From: Ginglymostoma cirratum
Taxonomy: Eukaryota
NCBI GenBank assembly: GCA_024137785.1
Contig: JAHRHZ010000101.1
Location: 7,577,126-7,641,125 of the forward strand
DNA: 64,000 nt
Reading direction: 5' to 3'
In this document: positions 54,257 through 64,000 of the stretch, piece after piece
How positions within the stretch are numbered: position 1 is the stretch's first letter
Layout: every line of letters starts with the position of its first letter
The notes under the pieces: generated by a model
Seen by the model: the letters and a program-made list of their open reading frames with translations, nothing else
Told to the model about the DNA's origin: nothing
Databases searched by the model: none
Program-made: the position numbers and the translations under genes

Positions 54257-54619
54257 CTTCAGTTACCGTTACTCTGGTCCCTTGTCCCCAGTAGTCCAAC
54301 GCCCACCCAGTCGATCCTCTTGCACAGTAGTAGATGGCACTGTCCTCGGTTTTCAGGTTCACTATGTCCAATGCAATCATATTGTTTGAAATGTCCTTCG
54401 ATGCAGTAAATCGGTTGCCAATCCCTGGGTTGTAGTGAGTGTCTGATACAATGTAATAATAAATTAGCCACTCCAGCCCCTGTCCTTGAATCTGCCGCAC
54501 CCAATTCATGCCATGGTACTCCAGGTCGAAACCGCTGATTTTACAAGTCAGTTTCAGGGAGCCTCCGGGAATGCTAGTCTCTGCCTCTGGCTGTGTCAAC
54601 ATAATATCCGAACGGATAC
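54257..54619 (-). CDS. IgM1gj: Pre-joined VH-D-JH exon of an IgM1gj-like heavy chain
   Basis: Acceptor TACAG at 54620, donor G|GTAAGG at 54256, 363 nt open. [10 protein letters not shown]...LTCKISGF...[13 protein letters not shown]...[25 protein letters not shown]. No heptamer/nonamer between V and J. Confidence 0.95.
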
Positions 54620-54966
54620 CTGTAATAATATCATAACAATCCGGAGGATTAATCATTGTGAAGTAAATCCCGCCTGCAACATTGCAGAAAGTGATTGTCA
54701 ATGAGACAACCCAAGCGCGAGACTCGGACATTAAAAATACATCGCAAACCCTAAGTACTAATCCTTACTGAATTAATTATTACTGAATCTGTATCATTCC
54801 AACGATAGACTAACAGAAACAGTGAGAGTTTAGGACAAAAGCAAATGAAATTTAATAAAAACAGACTTTAATACAGCTGAAATGATTACATCCTGTATAA
54901 CACTCTAAAGATAGACTAACGTTAATACCATATCATTGGGGCATTTTGGCAATAATAAGTTCTTAC

Positions 54967-55012
54967 AAGATATGGAAGTCAGCAACAAACTGAGGGAAAT
55001 CGCTGACTGCAT
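54967..55012 (-). CDS. IgM1gj: IgH leader exon (MQSAISLSLLLTSIS + first base of Cys)
   Basis: ATG at 55012, 46 nt, phase-1 donor T|GTAAGA at 54966. Hydrophobic shark-VH-type signal peptide completed by CIRS in the next exon. An in-frame upstream ATG lies at 55024 (MIRR). Confidence 0.9.
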
Positions 55013-55107
55013 TCTTCTGATCATATTGTTTCATATAAGTTGCTTTGACTAGAACTCACTGAGCAAACCAGCTCCCAGGTTCTGGTATGACGGTCCCAGT
55101 GGTCGGC

Positions 55108-55118
55108 TCTTAAATATC
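55108..55118 (-). promoter_or_regulatory. TATA-like element of the VH promoter
   Basis: GATATTTAAGA on the minus strand about 100 nt upstream of the leader ATG. Confidence 0.5.
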
Positions 55119-55936
55119 CTGCAGAAGTGGGCAGGTTTACAGACACTTTTTTTTTCCCGGTGTTGATCGAGTGACTGAATCCTGTCGCAAATTCCACATT
55201 CGAAATAGAATGGCCTCCTATATTTAAAATAGGTTATTATTAAAGTTGGAGATTTCAGACGTATCAGGATATTTGTCAGGTTGAATATTTTAAATTGAAT
55301 TTCCTTCTTCGGTTCAATATTGAAGTTATAGTTAGTATCTGCTAATAACGCAAGCAAATAATTTTGGAGAAATCTAATTAGCAATTCAATTTCAAATTAA
55401 GTTTCTATGCTGGTACGTAATCATTTAAACCTACCTGTTTAAAGTAAATTGCAAGGGAATAAAGAGACTGACATCATATTTTACAATAATTACACGTGAC
55501 TATCACATTGCAGTTCCTCATATTACTTTCTGATCCAGTTTGATTATGAAGTGAAAATGGTATATCGTGAAACAATACATGTGATTAAAAACAAGCATAT
55601 AAAACTAACTTTCTGTTTGTTGACCAGTAAATTATTCTTTGTCATTCAATCGCACGTTTGTTTATTTGCATTCACCAGGACTTTTCCAAAAGTATTTGGC
55701 AACAATCCAACCAATTACAAGCAGCGAGTCTTATAATGATATCTAACAAAAGCATCTCGTGACCTGATCCTATAAAACAAAAGTCGGCTTCGTCCTTATT
55801 GACAGCGTGGCTGAAGTCCAATTACCATTCATAAATAATTCTCCCATGAAAGTAGGTATAAACAATGTCCAATCGTCTACATATTGAGTGCAACATAACA
55901 TCGGGATCGTTAAACATTCAGACAGGCAGAGGGCAA

Positions 55937-56041
55937 ATGGATGGATCAATAGATAGTTGTATAGATGGATAGATGTATAGATAGATAGATGTATAGATGG
56001 ATGTATAGATAGACAGACAGACAGATAGATGGACGGATAGA
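55937..56041 (+). repeat. Compound (GATA/GATG/GACA)n microsatellite running into an N gap
   Basis: Directly visible. Confidence 0.9.
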
Positions 56042-58419
56042 NNNNNNNNNNNNNNNNNNNNNNNNNNNNNNNNNNNNNNNNNNNNNNNNNNNNNNNNNNN
56101 NNNNNNNNNNNNNNNNNNNNNNNNNNNNNNNNNNNNNNNNNNNNNNNNNNNNNNNNNNNNNNNNNNNNNNNNNNNNNNNNNNNNNNNNNNNNNNNNNNNN
56201 NNNNNNNNNNNNNNTCGCTGATTGATGTGAACCCCCATCTGATTCAGTAGTGTTCGCCAGGAACGAACGTGTTGTCGAGGCTCCATGTGGTGCAAGAATA
56301 GAATAATAAGGGCGACTATTAGCTGAATTCTAAGAAGAGCTTGGAAGCCATTTATTATAAGAGCAATTACGGATTGACAACAAATTGCCAGTGACAATTA
56401 GGGACACTGTTAAAATAGTAAATATAAAACAAATGGCTTTAAGACTCGTCAAATGAACATTAATATTCCTGTGTCCCTCTCTACACTGTCATGTCATCAG
56501 AATGAGGCTGTTACCATACAGTTTAGATGCACAGCAAACCTTCGTCTGCACTGGCCATTCAAACACACCCATGTCAGTAGCAATAAAGTTTTCGCACAAA
56601 AGTAAGATTCAGTTAACATTTCGTGTCAAATGCTCTCAGGTCAGTCACATCCCATATCAGATACAGAGTAAATCTCTCCATACACACACACACACATTCT
56701 GACATCCAAAGCAATCAGGACATAGGCAGTGCATGTCAGCTTTTGATAAAATCTCCCTGTTCATTGTCCCATTAATTACATCCATGTCCGAAAGAAAGCA
56801 ATTTATAAGCTATATATAGCTCCCTCTAAAATACCCCATTAAACCATCCCAGTTCATATGCAGAGGCGGCCATCGTCTACACTGCAATGTATCACATCTC
56901 CAGGAGGTACAATGCCCTAAAATAATGAGTGAATCTGTCGCTACTTTTTAGATACAATAAAGTTTTATTACTAAGTAAAACTTCCCTTGTTTGCATTTAG
57001 TTTGAAACGAATCAATTGGGTTAATAGAATAAGTTGTCCGACTGTGAAGTACAATAGCAAGAATCACACAGGGTGAGTACAGCGATGTGTGATTGGATAC
57101 AGGAATAAACCATAAATTATTTCCTATTTTACAATTATTTACGATTAGAAGAAAGGCATTTAATCATTGTGAACATTTGTGTCATCAGTATCTACTGTCG
57201 TTAAATTGTTGTTATTTTAATTTTTGTCTGTACCTATGGTCTGTTAATGGAAAAATATTTGTTTCGTTTCCTGGTTAAAGAAACTAATTTAGAACGACTA
57301 TTTATGATCGTATTTGCATAAACGCCTCGGTGATTTCAAGTAGCATTTACAGCAACAAAAACAGATTTTAAAAAAAGTCACTGATTAGTTCACTTCAAAA
57401 GAAAAGTATTTCAAGACATTGACAGTTGAGTCAAACGAATACACAATGCTAAGCATTTTTTTAAAAAAATGATATTTATTTCCGAAGAAAATCATAGTTT
57501 TGTAATTTTATTTTAGTATTCAGGACTATAGGTTATACTGCCACAACTAAAGAAATATTTCTGACAAGCTGGAGCTACTCCTAAGACCTATTTGATTGAA
57601 ATTTTAAAACATTTAGACCAAACAAATAACAGAGCTTTCAAAATATCTCAAAATCCAATTGAAAAGTGAATATTTATGTACCATTAGCATGTCGGAGAGC
57701 ATTTTGATTCTATTGATATGTTTTCTTTGGTGAAGTTCAGCCACTTCTGTATTGTTGTTAATCCGACAGGTGCGTTGAGTACAGTAAAAGAGTTGTAACA
57801 AATGCGTCGGTTATATGTGATTTCAGTCGATAAATAAATAATGGCGCAGAAACTGGTAGAACTATCGTGCCTTATAGAATAATACTGGAGCCTCTTCAGC
57901 CGCTCATTGACGTGACAAATCTACCTGATTCTCTCGCTCCATATTCTCATAAGGTAGAATCCATCGAATCATAGTATTCGTCTGATTAAGAGGAACAACC
58001 GAAGTTAATACACAAAAATGTTCGTGGTTTGTATATGATCATGCTTTTATAAAACATTTTAACTTAATGTTTGCAACCGCGAGGCACACAGATAAATTAT
58101 TATCTTCAGAGTTATTCTCTAGCATTTGACGCCTTCACCTGTTTAATCCCTCAGATCTGGAAGCACCTTCCTCCTCAATAGTTTACCTTACTATATTCGC
58201 TTGCGTTATTTCATAGAACCTGTCGCTTTGCCCAAGCTTTTAGTCAATTAATCTATTGTCTCCTTCGGTAGGTGATCAGCCTGCGTTATGTCCTAAAACT
58301 CCTCTGAAGGGCTTCACAGTGTGTTTCCCCCCATTTTTTTAAAAAAATGAGCTCTCTGAGTATAAGTTATTGCAAGTTCTTACTGTTACATACACTGAGA
58401 ACTGCAACGATCAGAAAAA

Positions 58420-60120
58420 TGGAGACATAGAAAATAGAAGTAGGAATAGATCATTCGCCACTTCGTGGCTGCTCCGCCAATTAGAATGATCAAGCTGTTC
58501 TTCCAACTTAGCAAAGAGATAGCAAGGTGTAGAGCTGGATGTACACAGCAGGCCAAGCAGCATCAGAGGAGCGGGAAGGCTGACGTTTCGGGCCTAGACC
58601 CTTCTTCAGAAAGACCCTTCTTCTTCATTTCTGAATCTGTTATCTCAGATTCTCTAGCATCTGCAGTTCCTACTATTCTCTTCCAACTTAGCAGCCTGTT
58701 CTTGCTTTATCCGCATAACCTTTGATTCTTTTAGCTATAAGAACTATATCTGAACTCTTCTGAAAGCATTATCGTGAGCCTCAATCTCTTGCTAAGGCAG
58801 AGAATTTAAAGACTCAACACTCTTTATTTGAAGAAAATTCTTCTCAACGTACTCCTATACGTATCACTAAACTGATACGAATGGTTCTGCATGAGCCATT
58901 TATGGGGGCCATACATCCCAGGTTTCGTTCTTTTATAATTTATAGTGTTCAATGAGAATTTTCCTCCTTCTTCTAAACTTCAGTGAATATTGTCCAAGCT
59001 GATTCAATCTCTCTTCACACCGCAGTCCTGCTACCTCAAGAAGCTGATAAACACCCTCTATAGTCAGCATTTCTTTCCTCAGATAGGGAGAGAGGAATTG
59101 TACACAGTACTCCAGCTGTGGGCTTATTAAGGTCATATAAAATACAAAGATGCATTTCTGCTCCTGTACTCGAATCTCTCGCTATGAAAGTCAGCATGCC
59201 ATTTTGCTTCTTCATCACTTGGTGCATACACATGCTTAATTTACTTGGGTCACAGTAGTTTATAATATGTATCAATGATTTGGGTCTGCAGATCAAATGT
59301 AACATGTCCACAATTGCAGATTATGTAAAGCTAACTAGAAATGTGCACTGTGAGGAAGATGCAAAACCTTTCAGGGTGATTTGGACATTATGACCAAAGA
59401 CCTTGCAGATGGAATGTCAGGTTGTCCTCATCGGTAGGACGAAAAATACGGATATGATTTCTTTAACTGTGAGCGGTTAGAAAGTTCAGATCTGCAAAGG
59501 GACTTGGAAATCCTTCTTAACAAGTCACCGAAGTCTACCATGCAGGTCCACCAGCCTATAGGGAAAGTCGATAGAATAACAGCCTTCATTGCAACAGGAT
59601 TTGAGTACAACAGTACAAAAGTGTTTCTTCAAGAGGAGTTGGGTAGACTGCGTGCATTTTGTTCTCATTATCTTTGGGAAACTATTGCCACAGAGAGTGC
59701 AATCAGACGTGTTCCTTAGATGGCAGGACTTTTCTCTGAAGAGGGGTTATGAGATATGATCGCATTAAAGCCTGCAAAATACTTAAGAGATAATCCATGA
59801 CACGTGCAGTTTTCCCCTTTTTTGGGGCATATACAACCAGAAGACTCATTTAAAAATATGCTGTTACAGTTTATGACCGCGATAAAGATAAATTGTTTTA
59901 CTCAGCAAGAGTTTAATCTTTGTAAGCCCAGCCGTCTGAAGGATGTGGGAGCTCTGTCTTTGAATCTATTGAAATAAGATCTTGATTTTCTTTTTTAGTT
60001 TAAAAATCAATGACACAAAGAGAGATGATAACAGAGTAGGTAAAATGAATTGCATTGTTCGATCAGCAATGGTTGCATGAAATAGCTACATGGGCTACTC
60101 CTGTACCTACGTTCATCTAT
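58420..60120. mobile_element. Decayed CR1 fragments in both orientations
   Basis: LISPQLEYCVQFLSPYLRKE (minus); QRDL, FIATGFEY (plus). Confidence 0.7.
58514..58678. mobile_element. Penelope-like cassette nested in a CR1 3' end
   Basis: TSD tcttccaacttagca at 58499-58513 and 58679-58693. Confidence 0.75.
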
Positions 60121-60642
60121 TATTATGTTCTCATAAAGCCTTATCTTCACTGATATCATTTCTAAAGTTACGTTTTACGGACTCATCACGCTGAGAACAA
60201 ATCTTTCTCTCCCGGTATTCAGGTGTGAGTTAACTTTCATTAATGATAGTGCGCAGCTTCCTTCTGGTTTCTGTGTTTTTATTTTTTTTTTGCCAAGCAA
60301 TCACCTTAAATCGCAGAAAGAAAAAAATCGGTTTGCAAATTTTACGTGTTGAAGGATTTGTTCAGGTGGTAACAAAATAAATGAAGTTTTAAGTCAGGAG
60401 AGGAAGAAAGGCCCACAATTACCTATCTTAGAATGTTAGTCCTTGCAAGAGCCTTTGTCTTAATTGCTATCACAGCAGAATGCATACTTGTTTTGTGTCC
60501 TGCATCAATAATCACTAAATTGGGCCCTGACATGTTTTGTGGCATTCTCGCTTTGATAGCAGTAGTCACTGACATAGGTCCTGGCATTCCTACTCTTCTT
60601 CTACGCTCTACACCAGTAACTTATGCAATAGGTCCTGTTTCA

Positions 60643-61306
60643 GAGATAAAAGGGACTGCAGATGCTGGAGAATCCGAGATAACAAGCATGGGGCTGGATG
60701 AACACAGCAGGTCAAGCAGCATCATAGGAGCAGGAAAACTCGACGTTTCGGGCCTAAACCCTTCATCAGAAATGGCATTTCTGATGAAGNNNNNNNNNNN
60801 NNNNNNNNNNNNNNNNNNNNNNNNNNNNNNNNNNNNNNNNNNNNNNNNNNNNNNNNNNNNNNNNNNNNNNNNNNNNNNNNNNNNNNNNNNNNNNNNNNNN
60901 NNNNNNNNNNNNNNNNNNNNNNNNNNNNNNNNNNNNNNNNNNNNNNNNNNNNNNNNNNNNNNNNNNNNNNNNNNNNNNNNNNNNNNNNNNNNNNNNNNNN
61001 NNNNNNNNNNNNNNNNNNNNNNNNNNNNNNNNNNNNNNNNNNNNNNNNNNNNNNNNNNNNNNNNNNNNNNNNNNNNNNNNNNNNNNNNNNNNNNNNNNNN
61101 NNNNNNNNNNNNNNNNNNNNNNNNNNNNNNNNNNNNNNNNNNNNNNNNNNNNNNNNNNNNNNNNNNNNNNNNNNNNNNNNNNNNNNNNNACCCTTCATCA
61201 GAAATGGCATTTCTGATGAAGGGTTTAGGCCCGAAACGTCGAGTTTTCCTGCTCCTATGATGCTGCTTGACCTGCTGTGTTCATCCAGCCCCATGCTTGT
61301 TATCTC
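60643..61306. mobile_element. Penelope-like inverted cassette spanning an N gap
   Basis: Perfect inverted arms; TSD-like caat(a/g)ggtcctgtt on both sides. Confidence 0.8.
61213..61240 (+). ncRNA. Minimal hammerhead ribozyme motif
   Basis: Same motif; inverted twin at 60742-60769. Confidence 0.65.
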
Positions 61307-61937
61307 AATGGGTCCTGTTGTCGCTTTATTATTTTAGGCTCTTTATCAGCAATCTCTGCACAAAATCCTGCTCAATTAATATTAAGCGAAGCCTTGCATC
61401 TGTAAGCATTTCATTATCTGGTCTTAGTTTATATTGACCTGGACACTTCATTAGTAATTTCCGCACGAGCTCTCTCTCAATTCAATTTAATTGATAAACG
61501 CTGCCCAGAATTAATGCAACCATTCCATTTCAGCTTATATTAACCAAAGCCCTTATAAGTAAACATTGAATTCCTCTGTTCCAATTAATCTAAGCCTCGT
61601 AACATTCTGTTTCTAGGCCTTAGTAATTCTGACTCTGTTTTGTAACTCCTGCACCTCATGCTGATTCGTTTTATTTCATACCTATTTCTGTGTCTGTAAA
61701 GGTTACGTTACGCACTCTTTTGCTATTGCTACGCCAGACAATTAGCTATATTACAGATGCCTCTTTGTTAAGTATTCCTGCACTGGGTACTATCTCTGAG
61801 AGTATTATATATTTGACCATATATTTCATTTATCAGATTTCCCTGCAGTAGGTCCTGTCGTTGTTTACGTCATTAAGCCTTTAGTTTGTTATTTAAACAT
61901 TAGACCACACTTTACGAACATTTCACATGGCTGCATC

Positions 61938-62272
61938 CATAGAATCCCTACAGCGTGGAAACCAGTCATTCGGCCGAACAAACCCATACCAACTCTCCAA
62001 AAAGCATCCTACCCAGACTCACTCCCCTACCTCGTATTTCCCGTGGCTCGTCCACCTAACCTACTCATCCCTGGACACTATGGGCAATTTAGCTTGGCCA
62101 ATCCACGAAACCTGCATATCTTTGCACTGTGGAAGGAAACCGGAGCACCCAGAGGAAACCCACGCAGACTCGGGGAGAATGTGCAAACTCCACACAGACT
62201 GTCCGAGGCTGGAATTGAAACCAGTTTCCTGGTGCTGTGAAGAAGCAGTGCTAACCACTGAGCCACCGTGCC
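61938..62272 (-). mobile_element. HE1-type V-SINE
   Basis: Same family. Confidence 0.85.
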
Positions 62273-62658
62273 GTATCATCAGGATGCAATTTATCTTTTA
62301 CTCAAAAGTCTGTTTGCTCGCCCTTCATTGGACCCTTTATCAGATACTGCATCACTTGAAAACGTGGTCATCTTATTTTAAAAAATTCTTTCTCTAAGTC
62401 ATGGTAGCACTAGACCATTTCTTATTTCAATCTTCTCTAAATGCTGTGCCAGTGCATATGCGCTATGTACAATTTAATCTACGGTCATACAGAGATTCAG
62501 GCTACGCTATGGTGTGAGATGTGTTTAACTCCTGCCCTGGCAGCGAATTGAATTTTAATGCATTATTAAATCTGAAATTGCGATATCGTTTCAACATTGG
62601 TGATCAAATAACTATCATTGACAATTTCCATAAGCCTGACGTGTAACCCAATTGTCAT

Positions 62659-62680
62659 TATCTATCTATCTATCTATCTA
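62659..62680 (+). repeat. (TCTA)n microsatellite
   Basis: Directly visible. Confidence 0.85.
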
Positions 62681-64000
62681 TTTTTCCATCTATCGATAAC
62701 ATCAGAACCAGGAGCAGCAGTCGTCAACCCAGGCCCACGACCCTCGACTATTTAATACAGTGATGGTTAATCTCATCATGGTCTCAATTTACATTTCTTC
62801 CCACTCTTTATAACACTTGAAACAGTTGTTAATTTAAAATTTATCCATCTCATCTTTAAGATTCCGGAGCATCCCAGAATCTGCATAACATTATGGTAAT
62901 AAAGACCATAGACGCGTGAACCTTTGAAAAAAAAGTCCTCATCCATGTTTCAAATCTGCTATCCTTTTTCCTGCGACTTCTTATTCTATATTTTCCCACA
63001 TGAGGACATGTCTTTTGATGCTTAACTTGCACATTGCCTTCAGCATCTTATATACCTCAATTAGATTTCATTTCATTCTTCTACAGTCTCGTGATTTTAG
63101 GCATAATCTCTCTTCATAAGACAAACACCTTATTCTCTGGAATCTATCCAGTCATATATATGTATAAATTCTAATCGGGCACTTCATCAATTACCTTCTG
63201 CAAAACCAAGTTAAGTACCATCATCGATTTCATTTTATCTATATCTAATGTTGCTTCCGCTATGTTCTGCAGTAAATTCGTTCGACAACTACTCAAAATC
63301 TTGCCAATTCTGCCTGGTGACTTTGAACGATTCTGAGTGTTCCTTCACATTGTCTTTAATAGCAGCTCATAGCACTTTCCTCATAACATAATTTAAGATG
63401 GCTGGCCTTTGATTCTTCCTTTCTTTTTATTTTCCATTTTGAAGAAAGGATTTTTCCCACGATTTTCCAATCTGATGGGACATATATTCCAAACATTTTA
63501 TGTTTATATGAAATCCTTTACATGGGAATGGCAATGAATTCAGTGTTTAGACCACAAACAATGGGCATGTTCTCCTTATTGTCAGAGCGAATTCGCCCTC
63601 ACAGGCAGAAAAACAGTTCATGGTGATAACATAAAATTAACACCAGATGTTCCATTCTCATGTGGTTCCTGTTCCTCCGCTGCCGTCTCTGAAACAAACA
63701 ATTCACTTCTGAGCTGAAAATAAATCCAGTGGTACAATCTAGTGGAACATCTGCCGAGGTAGTGACATCTGGGTGCTAAATATAAGGTTTCCGAAAGATC
63801 ACATTGCAGCGAAACTTAATAATGAGCCAGTTGTGATCTGCTTGATGCTCTGTTTCCAGAACTTTGTTCTGAGTCTGTGAAACACTTACTATATTCCACC
63901 TTAATGAATTCCTAAAGACATATACTGCCCTCCTTTCATCATATATTTTCACCTTTCTCTTTCTTCCTCGTTTCCTCTCACTCTGTAAAATGTCATATTT

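Noticed and set aside
41504-54619. IgNAR or IgW identity
   Set aside because: V has full FR2/CDR2 with GLEW; CH1, CH3, CH4, tailpiece and TM are mu-type
54620-54731. ORF-track start [15 protein letters not shown] as an intronless leader
   Set aside because: A canonical leader exon (54967-55012) and acceptor (54620) exist; this is open intron sequence
54257-55012. Joined VDJ as a processed pseudogene
   Set aside because: All introns are retained; no poly(A) tail or TSD
1-64000. CRISPR array, prokaryotic system or class-switch repeat region
   Set aside because: Vertebrate DNA with no regularly spaced repeat-spacer array and no tandem AGCT-rich S region

Overview
Repeat-rich vertebrate DNA from a cartilaginous fish (shark-type Ig, HE1/V-SINEs, SacSINE/DeuSINEs, CR1, Rex1 and Penelope-like retroelements; four N gaps). 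The main gene is a complete immunoglobulin heavy-chain cluster on the minus strand (33149-55012): leader, an already joined in-frame VDJ exon with no RSS, CH1, no CH2, CH3, CH4 plus secretory tail, and intact TM1 and TM2 exons about 8.1 kb further downstream. This is the architecture of nurse shark IgM1gj. All splice sites are GT-AG and in phase, predicting a 469-aa secreted chain and a 493-aa membrane chain. The TM exons are absent from the ORF track and matter because, as I recall, IgM1gj was described as secreted. CH1 lacks the usual light-chain-linking Cys but has a Cys-Cys pair. Also present: a broken GPR139-like GPCR, two decayed tRNA-Lys copies, many Penelope-like terminal-repeat cassettes with minimal hammerhead ribozyme motifs and 12-16 bp target duplications, and a ~670 bp fold-back with CACAGTG-like ends. 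Family assignments come from recalled motifs, not database searches. Repeat boundaries are approximate.
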